DNA of 64,000 nucleotides from a virus (lineage: Duplodnaviria; Caudoviricetes): IMG/VR virus record IMGVR_UViG_3300021400_000034, positions 160,001 to 224,000 of that record; one strand, given 5' to 3'. Positions 26,054-36,383 of this stretch are shown piece by piece. The notes beneath the pieces were generated by a model that was not told the origin of the DNA, searched no databases, and was given only the letters and a program-made list of their open reading frames with translations. The stretch's first letter is position 1. Every line of letters starts with the position of its first letter. The position numbers were made by a program, and so were the translations under genes.

Positions 26054-27910
26054 ATGGATCTTAACTTTGTATTGTTAACAAAATGTTACGATAAGTACGA
26101 CCTTCAGTACTGGCTGGAGTACCATCACAAGAGATTCACAGACGCTAGATTCACGATAGTCGACAACGAGTCGATCGTAGACGTCCGCAGAGTCGCTGAC
26201 AGTGTTCTAGGTCCAGAAAAATACAGATATCTTCGCATCAACGGATTTCCAAACCAGAAGAAACTCTATGCTGACTTGATGAACGACCAGTATGGTCACA
26301 TCTTCTGGCACGGCGAGGTCGTCGCATTCTTCGACGATGACGAGTACTTCTACCTGCATGACCCTAACGCTGACGACAAGGACTTCGACTACGAGGAAGT
26401 CCTAGAGAAAGCTTTCGAGTACGAGAAGGATTATGAAGGATGGGACTGGACGAAGTATGACACTCTCTGCATTCCTCACATAAACATGTCGAGCAATCCG
26501 CTCTTAGACGACCGCAACACTTCTGCAAGCATGCCGTTCATTCTCACTAACCGCAGAGATGACAAGACAGCTACGGTCAAGTGCCTAGTCAGATACGATT
26601 CGTCCAACGAGTACGAGTGGAAGGTTCAGGAAGGAGTCGATGAAGCTGGTCACGTCCCGTTCGTCAACGGAAAGAGAAACGCTGCAGTCTTCACGGCATG
26701 GTATGACAAGAAGAAAGGACAGGTCGTCGCTCAGTCGTGGCCGCTAGGAAACACTTCGTTCGCAGAAGTCGACTACAACAGCAACGTCCGTCTCTACCAC
26801 TATCATCTCAAGTCTAGATGGGACTGGGACCAGAAGATCAAGCGCGGCTCTTGCTCTAGCCTGATTCCTTGGTACTCTGACAAGATCGAAGAGAACTGCT
26901 TCTACGACCACTACGACATCGTCGACAACAGCATGTGCGTCGAGTTCAACAGATTCGTCAATCCCGATGTCGTAGAGACGTTCCACGAAGTCTGGAATCC
27001 TATTGAAGAGAACGAGACGACTAAGAGACGTGATGCGCACGATCCGGAGTGGGACAAGATGCCTCACAAGATCAACTACGAGGACATCCGCTTCGCTAAG
27101 TCGTTCGAACAGAAGAGAAAGATGGGTGAGTTGTGGATCACACAGAACTGCCCGACCATAGACCTTGCATGTCCAGGATCTAACTTAGCGAACCAGATCA
27201 ACTACTGGAAGCTGAACGACATGAACCCGAAGAAAGTTCTCTGGGCTGACAAGTGCGCAGTCTACAAAGAGCTCTACGATCTAGGCCTAGAGAACATCAG
27301 AATTCCTATCCTGTACGAGAAGTACAAGCCGTCTGACAGCGACATCCGAGAGGTGATCGACTGCCTCTGCGTCAGAAACGACTGTATTCTCAAGTGCAAC
27401 CACGCGTCTGGGTACAACATCAGATTCAACGCTCTCGAAGGAGTAAACACAGACTTCCTTGTGAAGAAGATCCGCACCTGGCTAGACACTAACTACGCTT
27501 ACATAGCTGGGTACGAGTGGCACTATGAGCCGATCGTTCCAGCTATTCTCGTCCAGCCGTCTCTGACACGCAAGGACGTCGTCCCTATCGACTACCAGTT
27601 CTACTGCGTAGAAGGTAAGATCGTCGCTATCGAGATTCAACGCAAGGTCAGCAAGGTCCTCATCGAGCACCTCGCATTCACCGACGAAGATGGAAACGAT
27701 CTGGACTGGTGCTTGGGCAGCTGGCCTCTCCAGCACGGACTAGGAAAAGAACAGAAGGAAGCCGTCGAAGCGATGAAGCCAGTCGTGAAGAAGATAGCGT
27801 CTCAGTTCACGTTCGTTCGAGTCGACCTGTTCTGGATCAACAAGCGCATCTACTTCTGCGAGACCACGTTCTGTCCTTCATCCGGAGTTCTCGACTATCA
27901 AGAACGGTGA
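26054..27910 (+). CDS. GT-A glycosyltransferase (GT92/GT2-like) fused to TupA-like ATP-grasp domain
   Basis: WLEYH, IVDNES, FFDDDEY, LYHYHLKS; then ADKCAV, LKCNHASG, EWHY, DYQFYCVEG, FVRVDL, YFCETTFCPSSG. Confidence 0.85.
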   Translation: MDLNFVLLTKCYDKYDLQYWLEYHHKRFTDARFTIVDNESIVDVRRVADSVLGPEKYRYLRINGFPNQKKLYADLMNDQYGHIFWHGEVVAFFDDDEYFYLHDPNADDKDFDYEEVLEKAFEYEKDYEGWDWTKYDTLCIPHINMSSNPLLDDRNTSASMPFILTNRRDDKTATVKCLVRYDSSNEYEWKVQEGVDEAGHVPFVNGKRNAAVFTAWYDKKKGQVVAQSWPLGNTSFAEVDYNSNVRLYHYHLKSRWDWDQKIKRGSCSSLIPWYSDKIEENCFYDHYDIVDNSMCVEFNRFVNPDVVETFHEVWNPIEENETTKRRDAHDPEWDKMPHKINYEDIRFAKSFEQKRKMGELWITQNCPTIDLACPGSNLANQINYWKLNDMNPKKVLWADKCAVYKELYDLGLENIRIPILYEKYKPSDSDIREVIDCLCVRNDCILKCNHASGYNIRFNALEGVNTDFLVKKIRTWLDTNYAYIAGYEWHYEPIVPAILVQPSLTRKDVVPIDYQFYCVEGKIVAIEIQRKVSKVLIEHLAFTDEDGNDLDWCLGSWPLQHGLGKEQKEAVEAMKPVVKKIASQFTFVRVDLFWINKRIYFCETTFCPSSGVLDYQER

Positions 27911-27920
27911 TAAATAATGT

Positions 27921-28715
27921 ATGCTAGACAGTAGATTCATATACGACGTAGACGCGACGACGCTTCCGCTCTCTAGGGATCTCTTGAAGTCCTGCATAGA
28001 CAGCAAGCCGATTTTCTCGTTCGTGCTGTGCAAGTATGAGAACCTGATTACGACGATCAACACTATCAACCGTTCGCCAGAGATCTCTGGAACGCTGAAC
28101 GGCAATGTCTTGTTCGACACGATCAACAGCCCGGAGACGAGCTATGACTGTGTCATCAAGATCGAGGGTCTGAAGTCTACCGAGGACAACTACCTCAACA
28201 ATGTGCTACGCTCTAACGAGAACTGCACTTGGACGGACTTCAAGACATACTCGAGCATGCTCAGATCCGAGATCAAGGGCATGAAAGAGACCGTGTTCAA
28301 GAAGGCTCTCTGGAACAAGGACAACATCGACTCCTGGTTCGACAGCTCGACGATGCAGCTTCCAGACAGCGTCCGAGATGGACTCGCGAACGACTGGAAC
28401 GTCTTCAAGGCGACAGTCATCAGATCTAAAGACCTAGATGCTTTCGTCTCGGCATGCTCAGACGACGCTAAGAACCAGTACATCAGCTTGATCTACAAGA
28501 ACGCGAAGAATCTGCTCGACCGCTACAAGGTCGAGCTCATGGCGCACGTCCAGCAGCAGAACAAGAACGACGAGAACGTGACTATCTCTAAGCCCGTCGT
28601 ATCGAAGATATACATAATGTCAAACAACTACGCAAGATGTCAGAAGGAGTGGCCGACTCTCAGAGTCGCTCCGCTGAACAAGAAGAACTTAGAAACACTG
28701 GGGCTGTATCTGTGA
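27921..28715 (+). CDS. Hypothetical late protein
   Basis: GATAAATA 4 nt upstream; 264-aa ORF. Confidence 0.75.
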   Translation: MLDSRFIYDVDATTLPLSRDLLKSCIDSKPIFSFVLCKYENLITTINTINRSPEISGTLNGNVLFDTINSPETSYDCVIKIEGLKSTEDNYLNNVLRSNENCTWTDFKTYSSMLRSEIKGMKETVFKKALWNKDNIDSWFDSSTMQLPDSVRDGLANDWNVFKATVIRSKDLDAFVSACSDDAKNQYISLIYKNAKNLLDRYKVELMAHVQQQNKNDENVTISKPVVSKIYIMSNNYARCQKEWPTLRVAPLNKKNLETLGLYL

Positions 28716-29413
28716 TCAAGACTTTCGTTCCAACTAAAGATCCTAAACCGTATGACGAGAAGCGTGACATCACCTACCTCGATAACTCCTATGGCGACTC
28801 GATGTGCAAGAAGTACAACAGAGCCATCGACATGCTCGGAGACTATCAGGGCTGGGTCTGCTTCATTCACGACGACGCTGAGATCAGAACACCTGACGAC
28901 ATCGTCGAAGCTAGACTGAGACAAGCTTACGAGAAAGGACAGCTCATCGCTGGAGTCATCGGCACTTTCAACTTAGACTACACGATGCACTGGTGGTACC
29001 CAGACAGGGGCGTCAACGGCGCAGGCTACATTCTCCAGAAGGTTCTGGGTCCAGACAAGAAGCCAGTAGTGCCAGAGAAGTGCTACGAGATGAAGGACTG
29101 GCCAGGATTCCACGACGGACTCGCTACAGTGGACGGATGCTGCATGTGGATCCACACAGACGCTTTCAAGAAGATCCGTTTCGACGAGAATCTTCTCAGC
29201 TACCACTTCTACGACGTCGACATCTGTCTCCAAGCGCTCAGAAATAAGATGGGCGTCTGCGTCATTCCGGTCGTAGTCGTTCACGCGTCTCCTGGAGAGC
29301 TTCCGAAGAACATAGGGGAGCTTAGAGCCTACGTCTTCGACAAGTGGTCAAACATCGTAAACACGTTCCCTATCAACAAGTATAGCTTATTCAAGAAAGA
29401 GGAAGAGAAATGA
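28712..29413 (+). CDS. Glycosyltransferase, GT2-like
   Basis: KKYNRAI, FIHDD, TVDGCCM, FDE..YHFYDVDICLQA; GTG start coupled to upstream TGA. Confidence 0.85.
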   Translation: MIKTFVPTKDPKPYDEKRDITYLDNSYGDSMCKKYNRAIDMLGDYQGWVCFIHDDAEIRTPDDIVEARLRQAYEKGQLIAGVIGTFNLDYTMHWWYPDRGVNGAGYILQKVLGPDKKPVVPEKCYEMKDWPGFHDGLATVDGCCMWIHTDAFKKIRFDENLLSYHFYDVDICLQALRNKMGVCVIPVVVVHASPGELPKNIGELRAYVFDKWSNIVNTFPINKYSLFKKEEEK

Positions 29414-29994
29414 CTTTCGACAACTTCGACAAGATGGCTAGAATCAAAGATGAGCTGGGAAAGAACTATCTGAAGAAGCTCGGTCTAGATTCTGACCTAG
29501 AAGACACTGCACCAGCTTACGAGGTAGCGGATGAAGTCGTCCGTGCGTTCGAGTTCGCATACCCTGGAAAATACGCTAAGATGGAAGAAGAAATCAAGAA
29601 AGAGTATGAGGCTAGCTTAGATCCGACGATGTCGAGAGAAGAGACGATCGAGGATCTGATGAGCAAAGTCAGCGATGACGACATGGCTGACATCTACATG
29701 GACGACTACAAGTATGGCCGAAGCCCTAGGAGCAGAGAGTTCCGCTGCTGTCAGGAAGTCATTCTGAACACTCTGTTCGAGAAGAAGTTCAAGAACCTGG
29801 GCGAGATGATCGGAGCTCTCAGAAGCGCTCCTGGCAGCTACATAGGTCCTTACAACTACAAGAGGCTTCTGAACCACATCACGTTCGCGGTAAAGAGCCG
29901 CATCATTCAGTACTACCTCACTAGAAGACGCATCGCTCAGAGCGGAAAGAGGTTCTACTACGTGGATCCGTCGAGATTCCAGAGAGGCAGATAG
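29410..29994 (+). CDS. Hypothetical protein
   Basis: ATGA coupling, native codon usage. Confidence 0.75.
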   Translation: MTFDNFDKMARIKDELGKNYLKKLGLDSDLEDTAPAYEVADEVVRAFEFAYPGKYAKMEEEIKKEYEASLDPTMSREETIEDLMSKVSDDDMADIYMDDYKYGRSPRSREFRCCQEVILNTLFEKKFKNLGEMIGALRSAPGSYIGPYNYKRLLNHITFAVKSRIIQYYLTRRRIAQSGKRFYYVDPSRFQRGR

Positions 29995-30002
29995 GAGGAG
30001 AG

Positions 30003-30470
30003 ATGAAGAGATTTCTGAAGTTCGTAGACGAGTCAAACGTAATCAGCGAGAAAGAGACGCTGACTCAGCTCAGGGACAACTTCACTAAGGTGTTCCCTTA
30101 CTCTGACTACAAGAACTTGAAGATTCTCAACTCCACTAGCAAGGGCAAAGACACCCTTACTCTCGTCTGCCGTGGCACCGTCCAGTCATCTACGCTGGCG
30201 CACAACTACACCGTTCTCTGCCAGTTCCACAGAAAGACCTTGGAAGATCCGTGGGATCTGAACGCTATGGTCGAGATCAAGTGCACCTGCAACGCGTTCC
30301 GCTTCAACGTGGCTTACCCGCTGTTCAAGAACAAGAACTACGCAGGAACTGTTCCGGGAAACTCGAGGATTCCTAACAGGGTCCAGAACGCCCAGCAGGT
30401 CCCGACATTCTGCAAGCACATCTACGCTTATCTGCGATACCTGATTCAGCAGAAAGTCATAACTATGTAG
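30003..30470 (+). CDS. SWIM zinc-finger protein
   Basis: CTCNAF...FCKHI (CxC...CxH). Confidence 0.75.
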   Translation: MKRFLKFVDESNVISEKETLTQLRDNFTKVFPYSDYKNLKILNSTSKGKDTLTLVCRGTVQSSTLAHNYTVLCQFHRKTLEDPWDLNAMVEIKCTCNAFRFNVAYPLFKNKNYAGTVPGNSRIPNRVQNAQQVPTFCKHIYAYLRYLIQQKVITM

Positions 30471-30491
30471 AAATTTCTAAATTTAAACTGT

Positions 30492-31982
30492 ATGAGCAAG
30501 AAGAGCAAATTTCTAAAGACCGAAGAGCCGGTTCAAGAGGAATCGGTTGAACAAGATCTCTCGAACGTACTAGAGTTCAACATCAAAGAATACGGCATGT
30601 CCGTGATCGAGGACCGCATGATCCCATCGATTCGCGACGGACTCAAGCCTTCTCAGCGCAGACTTCTCAAGGCTATGTATGACCTGAAGGCTTGGTCGAC
30701 TTCTCCTACTGTGAAGTCCGCTAGAGTCACTGGTGACTGCATGGGAAAGTATCACCCGCACTCTGAAGCCTATGGCGCACTGGGCGGTCTAGTCAACCAG
30801 ACGTACAGTCTCGTTCAAGGACAGGGAAACTGGGGCAGCCTAGACGACGAGCCAGCTGCCGCGAGATACACCGAGTGCCGATTCAGCAAGCTCGGACAGA
30901 GGTGCTTCGAGAACTACGAAGTCGCCGACGAAGTTCCTAACTTCTCTGGCGAGTACATGGAGCCTATCGACATTCCGATGGACTTCCCTCTGTTCTTCGT
31001 CAACGGCGGAAAAGGCATCGGAGTCGCAGTCCGTCTAGAGACTCCAGACCACAACCTGCAAGAGATCGTAGAAGCGATGAAGATCGTTCTGAAGAAAGGC
31101 GACAAGACTAAGATGAGCGATCTGTTCAAAGTTTTCCACGGTCCGGACTCTGTCTATGGCGGAAAGCTGCTCACCAGCGAAGAAGAGCTGAAGACGATCT
31201 ACGAGACAGGATCTGGAAAGATCACTTACGAGTGCGACTACGAGATAGCACAGCAAGGACGCAACAAGTTCCTTCTCACAGTGACTGGGTACTGTCCAGA
31301 GTTCAAGCCGTCTACGTTCCAGAACGAGATGATCAAGCTCATGGCCGACAAGAACGACAGGAGCATTCTGAACGCCAACGACGCTTCGACGAAAGACAAC
31401 AAGTGCAACTTCCAGGTTCTCTACGAAGGCGAAGACACTTTCGAGAAGAAGATCCACAAGCATCTCATCAAGACGCAGAACGTGCAGTACTATGCGCTAG
31501 ACCGTCGAAAGAGCGCTAACCCTCAGCTGAGAGACATCGACACCGTTCTCCTGAAGAAGTCCTTCATCGAGTACATGCAGATCTGGCTAGACTGGCGCAG
31601 AGAGCAAGAGACTAAGCTTCTCTCCATTCGCGCTAAAGAGATAGACGACCGCATGTTCCACGTCGAGTGCCGCATGGACGCTGCAGAGAACGTGAAGATC
31701 ATTCAGGCTGCGCTAGCTGCTGACGACGCAGTATCGCACCTGATGAAGAACATGCCTTACCTCATGGGACACCAGAGAGCCAAAGAAGGCGCTGAGTACA
31801 TCCTCGATCTGAAGATCGGATCCATCAAGAAGACTGACATGCAGAAGATGCGCCTAGAGTTCGGCGAGCTCGATCAAGAGCTGCAGCGCATCAAGAAGGA
31901 CATGAGCGACATAGACAAGGTCGTTGCTAGAAAGCTCGACTCGCTAAAAGAGTTCTTCAAGCCCCGCATGCTGAAGTACTAA
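30492..31982 (+). CDS. gyrA: Type IIA DNA topoisomerase subunit A (GyrA/ParC homologue without C-terminal pinwheel; T4 gp52 equivalent)
   Basis: RDGLKPSQRR, KSARVTG, KYHPH, QGNWGS, AAARYTE catalytic Tyr, PDHNL. Confidence 0.95.
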   Translation: MSKKSKFLKTEEPVQEESVEQDLSNVLEFNIKEYGMSVIEDRMIPSIRDGLKPSQRRLLKAMYDLKAWSTSPTVKSARVTGDCMGKYHPHSEAYGALGGLVNQTYSLVQGQGNWGSLDDEPAAARYTECRFSKLGQRCFENYEVADEVPNFSGEYMEPIDIPMDFPLFFVNGGKGIGVAVRLETPDHNLQEIVEAMKIVLKKGDKTKMSDLFKVFHGPDSVYGGKLLTSEEELKTIYETGSGKITYECDYEIAQQGRNKFLLTVTGYCPEFKPSTFQNEMIKLMADKNDRSILNANDASTKDNKCNFQVLYEGEDTFEKKIHKHLIKTQNVQYYALDRRKSANPQLRDIDTVLLKKSFIEYMQIWLDWRREQETKLLSIRAKEIDDRMFHVECRMDAAENVKIIQAALAADDAVSHLMKNMPYLMGHQRAKEGAEYILDLKIGSIKKTDMQKMRLEFGELDQELQRIKKDMSDIDKVVARKLDSLKEFFKPRMLKY

Positions 31983-32003
31983 CAAACAAGCATCCCTTAC
32001 AAC

Positions 32004-32037
32004 AAGTCCGCTAGGCACTGAGGCTCTGGCGGACTTT
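32004..32037 (+). terminator. Intrinsic terminator
   Basis: AAGTCCGC/GCGGACTT stem. Confidence 0.7.
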
Positions 32038-32043
32038 CGTGCA

Positions 32044-32051
32044 TATAAATA
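32044..32051 (+). promoter_or_regulatory. Late promoter
   Basis: TATAAATA. Confidence 0.75.
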
Positions 32052-32078
32052 ACTCATCAAACTAATAGTGGTAACTTG

Positions 32079-32774
32079 ATGAGTCTAGAAAATTCTTTAG
32101 ATGCGCTATGCCGCGAGTTCGAGATAGACAACGTCGTGGCGCCAGATCCAATTCAGCAGGTGACTTCAGCAGCTCCCAATCCGATGAGCTTCTTAGACGA
32201 AGAGGCCCTCGGCAGCGATGCGCTCGTTCAGACGGTTCCTACGATCGAAGATGACGACAATCCTTCAGTCGCTGACTTGAAGAAGAAGGCGGAAGATGGT
32301 CACAAAGAGATCGTGAAGCTCGAAGAGGAAGTGAAGCTGAACACGATGACCCAGCGATACGACTTGGAAGATCGAGCCTACATGAAGACTCAGCTAAAGT
32401 CGCTCATCTCTGACAACCGCGCCGTGATGGACTGCATCGAGTCTCAGCTGAAGATAGGCACGAATCCACATCTGTTCGAGGTCTACGCGTCGATGTCAAA
32501 GACGGTCGCAGACAACATCATGCGCCTAGCTAAGATCGACCAGATGGTCACCGACTACAAGATCGTTGAAGACAAGGGCACTGGAAACATCAAGCACGAC
32601 GTGGTAGCTGAGCAAGCTGCCCAAGCTGCAGCGAATGGCCGGGGCGGCGGGAACACTTACATTCAGAACAATCTCTGCTTCTCGTCCGATGAGCTGCTCA
32701 AGATCGTCAAGAAGGCGATACCTCCACGCGAAAAGACCAAGATAGAAGATCTTCCGAAATTTGACCTGTCGTAA
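32079..32774 (+). CDS. Putative terminase small subunit (gp16-like)
   Basis: EDRAYMKTQL, NPHLFEVYASMSK, NTYIQNN..SSDELLK resemble T4-like TerS. Confidence 0.6.
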   Translation: MSLENSLDALCREFEIDNVVAPDPIQQVTSAAPNPMSFLDEEALGSDALVQTVPTIEDDDNPSVADLKKKAEDGHKEIVKLEEEVKLNTMTQRYDLEDRAYMKTQLKSLISDNRAVMDCIESQLKIGTNPHLFEVYASMSKTVADNIMRLAKIDQMVTDYKIVEDKGTGNIKHDVVAEQAAQAAANGRGGGNTYIQNNLCFSSDELLKIVKKAIPPREKTKIEDLPKFDLS

Positions 32775-32798
32775 CTTTTTCACTGTAAATAACTAAAC

Positions 32799-33122
32799 AT
32801 GGGAAGACCACTCTACACCAAGTTCTCGATTTTCTATCGAATCAGCAAGAAGGAAGACTTCCTTCGAAAGTTGATTATGAGCCTGTGCAATCGCGAGGAC
32901 CTGTCAAGCTATGACGTGTTCTACGAGATGTACTCGAAGACTTTCGACATCATCGCTGACGCGATCATGAAGAAGGACAAGGACCGCATTCTGGCTCTAA
33001 TCATGAACGAAAACGTAGATGCGAAGCTCAACAGGAGAATATACGACTATCTAATGTGCGCTAACACTTTCAAGCTCTCTAAGAAGAACCTTCAGGAAGC
33101 GCTAGAGCAACAGGAGCTGTAA
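32799..33122 (+). CDS. Hypothetical protein
   Basis: 107-aa ORF in head cluster. Confidence 0.7.
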   Translation: MGRPLYTKFSIFYRISKKEDFLRKLIMSLCNREDLSSYDVFYEMYSKTFDIIADAIMKKDKDRILALIMNENVDAKLNRRIYDYLMCANTFKLSKKNLQEALEQQEL

Positions 33123-33124
33123 TT

Positions 33125-33844
33125 ATGCTAGATGACATCAGAAAATTCATCAACGAGAGAGTCCAGCCAGTAGACTTTCTGACCCTACTCAAAGAAGACG
33201 AAGAACCGGCTCCTGCCGATGATGCAGGCGGCGGAGATGATGCTGGATTTGACGACGCCGGTGGCGGAGATGATGCTGGATTCGATGACGGTGGCGGATT
33301 CGATGACAGCGGCGACATGGGAGGAGGCCTTGATGGAGGTCCAGGCGGTCCGGACGGAGGTCCAGGAGGCGGCGAGTCGGGTGAAGATCTAGGCGACGAC
33401 ACCGAAGACAAGGGAAGCGACAAGTTCGCTGACCGTGAAGACGATCCGGACTTCAAGAACGGAATGCCGACTGACGGCAGCGCTGCCGAGACTGGACCTT
33501 CCGGAAACACGACCTACCAAGTCGAGGACGTATTGAGAAATCTCAACGGAATTGTCGACAGCGGCGACATCGACCTGGCCGAGATCGAACCTTCTAAGCT
33601 CATTCTGGAGCTCATCGCTAACGGAAAGAAGCTCAAAGAGGAAGATTTTGAGGAAATTCACCAGTACGAGTCGTTCTCGAACATCGTGAAGAAGTGCTTG
33701 GAAGGAGTAGACGACAGAACTCGCGACTACTTCAATCTGAAGATCAAGGAAGCAATTCTAGAGATCCAGAAGCAGAAAAAGATCGACGCAAGCAAGGCGA
33801 AAGGCGACGTGGATCAGCTTCGAAACATCGCAGACGAGTTCTAA
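33125..33844 (+). CDS. Acidic Gly/Asp-rich protein, possible prohead core component
   Basis: Upstream of scaffold; INE/LKE protease-type sites. Confidence 0.6.
   Translation: MLDDIRKFINERVQPVDFLTLLKEDEEPAPADDAGGGDDAGFDDAGGGDDAGFDDGGGFDDSGDMGGGLDGGPGGPDGGPGGGESGEDLGDDTEDKGSDKFADREDDPDFKNGMPTDGSAAETGPSGNTTYQVEDVLRNLNGIVDSGDIDLAEIEPSKLILELIANGKKLKEEDFEEIHQYESFSNIVKKCLEGVDDRTRDYFNLKIKEAILEIQKQKKIDASKAKGDVDQLRNIADEF
33217..33317 (+). repeat. Coding tandem repeat (DDAGGGDDAGF)
   Basis: 33-nt unit repeated twice plus degenerate copies. Confidence 0.8.
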
Positions 33845-33960
33845 ATCACACTTTTTGACAAAAATGTTGACAAAATATTAACATTTTTTCAAAAAAGTCC
33901 CGAAAAAGCAAATTTTTAGGGAAATCACAATGATATATAATACATAACGGAGGAAATTCG

Positions 33961-34986
33961 ATGGATAAAATCGTAGAAAAGCTCCAGTCCCTCGGACTGT
34001 CAGAAGATGACTTGAATGAAGTCAAGAAGTCTTTTGATGAAGCCGTGGAAACTAGAGTCAAAGCCGAAACCGATCAAATTTCCGAGAAAGCCGAGAAGTA
34101 TATCGCTATGCGTGTCGACGAGCTGGCAAAAGCTAAGACAGCAGAGCTCGAGACTCTCTCCGAGAAGTATCTTGAGATCAAGACTAATACGATCGCAAAG
34201 AACGCTAGCTTGAAGCTCAACGAGAAGACGGCAGAAGTCGAAAAGGCTTGCGAAGACTACATCAACGAATACTTCGAAAAGGCATTCGCGGAAAAATATG
34301 AAAAAGAGTTGGCTTTGATGGAAGAGTCGATCCTCTCGCAGCTTGACAAGTATCTTGACTATGCTATCACGGAGAACATCACTCCGGATCTCATCAAGAC
34401 GACTGCCGTCAACGAGACCTTCGCTCCAATCATCAAGGGTATCCAGAACCTCTTCGAAGAGCAGTATGTTCCGCTCAACGTCTCCGGCAAGAAGAAGATC
34501 AAAGAAGCTCAGGCTCACGTGGCCGAGCTCGAAGAGACTCTCAAGCAGCAGATCCAAGAGAACATGGCTCTCACCGACCGCACCGAGAAATACGCAAAGC
34601 GTGCTCTCATCGCTGAGAAGGTCGCTGACCTATCCGCCGCTGATCGCGCCAACGTTAGAAAGTTCTTCGCTGAGAAGTCTTTCGCTACGACGAAGTCGGA
34701 CATTGATTCTTACTGCGCTGTCCTCAAGGAATCAGCTCAGAAGATTCAGGAAGCCAAGGAACAAGCTATTCGTGAGAGCAAGGTCGACATGAAAGAGCGT
34801 CGCAGCCTTGTCACGGAGAGAACTAACTCAAGACCGAGACCGAGAACTGCAGTGAAGTCTTACACAGAAGACAACACCCCTGACTTGGTCACAGAACGCA
34901 TCAAAACCTACAAACAGTCGAGAAAAATCGACGAAGCAAGTGACGACTACCTAACCTCAGTGGCGAAGTATGTCGAACTAGACTAA
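33961..34986 (+). CDS. gp22: Prohead scaffolding core protein
   Basis: Coiled-coil acidic protein directly before capsid gene; FDEAVETRVK, LDKYLDY, IKGIQNLFEEQYV. Confidence 0.8.
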   Translation: MDKIVEKLQSLGLSEDDLNEVKKSFDEAVETRVKAETDQISEKAEKYIAMRVDELAKAKTAELETLSEKYLEIKTNTIAKNASLKLNEKTAEVEKACEDYINEYFEKAFAEKYEKELALMEESILSQLDKYLDYAITENITPDLIKTTAVNETFAPIIKGIQNLFEEQYVPLNVSGKKKIKEAQAHVAELEETLKQQIQENMALTDRTEKYAKRALIAEKVADLSAADRANVRKFFAEKSFATTKSDIDSYCAVLKESAQKIQEAKEQAIRESKVDMKERRSLVTERTNSRPRPRTAVKSYTEDNTPDLVTERIKTYKQSRKIDEASDDYLTSVAKYVELD

Positions 34987-35009
34987 GAATTTTCAAGGAG
35001 TAAAAGGAA

Positions 35010-36344
35010 ATGAAAATACTTAATTCCCAGAAGACAATCACTGAGGCATGGAGCGACAAGCCGAATGCTCTCTCTGTTGCATCAATCCAGGACAAGTATA
35101 TTCGTGCCAACACTGCAAAGTTGCTTGAAAACCAGGACCGCTGGGTCAAGAAAGGCATGAGACTTGACGAAGACTTCAGCATGGGCGTTGCTGGTGCTAC
35201 TGGCCTCAACCAGGGTATCCCGCACGGTGGCCCAGGCAAGGGCGTCCTTCCGAACATCTCTATGGCTATCGTCCGTAGAGCTTTCCCGGAAATGTTCGCT
35301 AACGTCCTCGTCGGTGTTCAGCCGATGGCCGGTCCGGTGTCTCTAGCCTGCGCAGTCCGCAGAATCTACAAGACGTCCAACCCGCAGGAAATCATCGAAG
35401 CTGCTTGGAAGCACGTTCCGCGCTTCTCTGGCTTCACTGGCTCTACTGCCAACGCCTCTGGCGAACCGGATGCCGGTACCGCCGTTGAGACGGAAGCTGC
35501 AGAACACTGGAAGCTCGGCGGTGACCCGAACAAGTTCGAGAAGTGGCCGGAACTCGGTCTCATGCTCGCTACTCAGGTGGTCGCAGCTAAGAGCCGTAAG
35601 GTCGGTTCCAGCTTCTCTATCGAGTCTGCTCAGGACATCGAGTCTATGCAGCACCTCGACATGATGGCTGAGATGATCAAGACCTGTCAGGAAGAGCTCG
35701 TTCAGGAAATCGACCGTGAAACGATCGCTCACTGTAAGGCTCTCTGCACGCCTAAGGTTTACAAGTTCGCCGAAGGCAAGGTAAGCACTGCTGAACAGGC
35801 AGGTGGTGTCGGTGACGGCTGGAACGGCCGCTGGTCTCAGGAGAGACTCGCCAACATCGTCGCTAAGCTCATCGGCGCTTCTAACAACATCCGTACCAGC
35901 ACTCGTACCGCTTCCGGTAACATCGCTGTCGTTTCTCCGGACATCGCTACTGCTCTGCAGATCGCTGCCCCGAACTTCAGCAAGATCGTTACCAACGTGA
36001 ACGGCAGCTCTGCTACCGCTAGCGCAGGTACCCTGAACGGCAACATCAAGGTCTTCATCGACAACAACGCTGTTGACCCGATCACTGGAATCGATAACGG
36101 TGAAGCACTCATCGCATACAAGGGCGAAGGCCTTTCCAACTGCGGTGTGGTATACTGCCCGTACATCACTAGCTTGACTCTTCAGGCTACGGATCCTCGC
36201 GACTTCTCTCCGAGAGTTGGCGTGATGAGCCGCTACGCTTTCGCTGACAACATGCTCGGCGCTGAGAACTACTACCGTCTTCTCAGATTCGAAGGTCTCG
36301 CTTCCAAGGTCGGATTCGATACGTCCGAAGAAGGCACGTGGTAA
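35010..36344 (+). CDS. gp23: Major capsid protein
   Basis: TAKLLENQ, IVRRAFP, GVQPMAGP, AKSRK, ESAQDI, EIDRE, YCPYI, FSPRVGVMSRY. Confidence 0.95.
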   Translation: MKILNSQKTITEAWSDKPNALSVASIQDKYIRANTAKLLENQDRWVKKGMRLDEDFSMGVAGATGLNQGIPHGGPGKGVLPNISMAIVRRAFPEMFANVLVGVQPMAGPVSLACAVRRIYKTSNPQEIIEAAWKHVPRFSGFTGSTANASGEPDAGTAVETEAAEHWKLGGDPNKFEKWPELGLMLATQVVAAKSRKVGSSFSIESAQDIESMQHLDMMAEMIKTCQEELVQEIDRETIAHCKALCTPKVYKFAEGKVSTAEQAGGVGDGWNGRWSQERLANIVAKLIGASNNIRTSTRTASGNIAVVSPDIATALQIAAPNFSKIVTNVNGSSATASAGTLNGNIKVFIDNNAVDPITGIDNGEALIAYKGEGLSNCGVVYCPYITSLTLQATDPRDFSPRVGVMSRYAFADNMLGAENYYRLLRFEGLASKVGFDTSEEGTW

Positions 36345-36383
36345 TCACAGAGTTGAAATTTAACAACAAGGAGAATTTTTACA

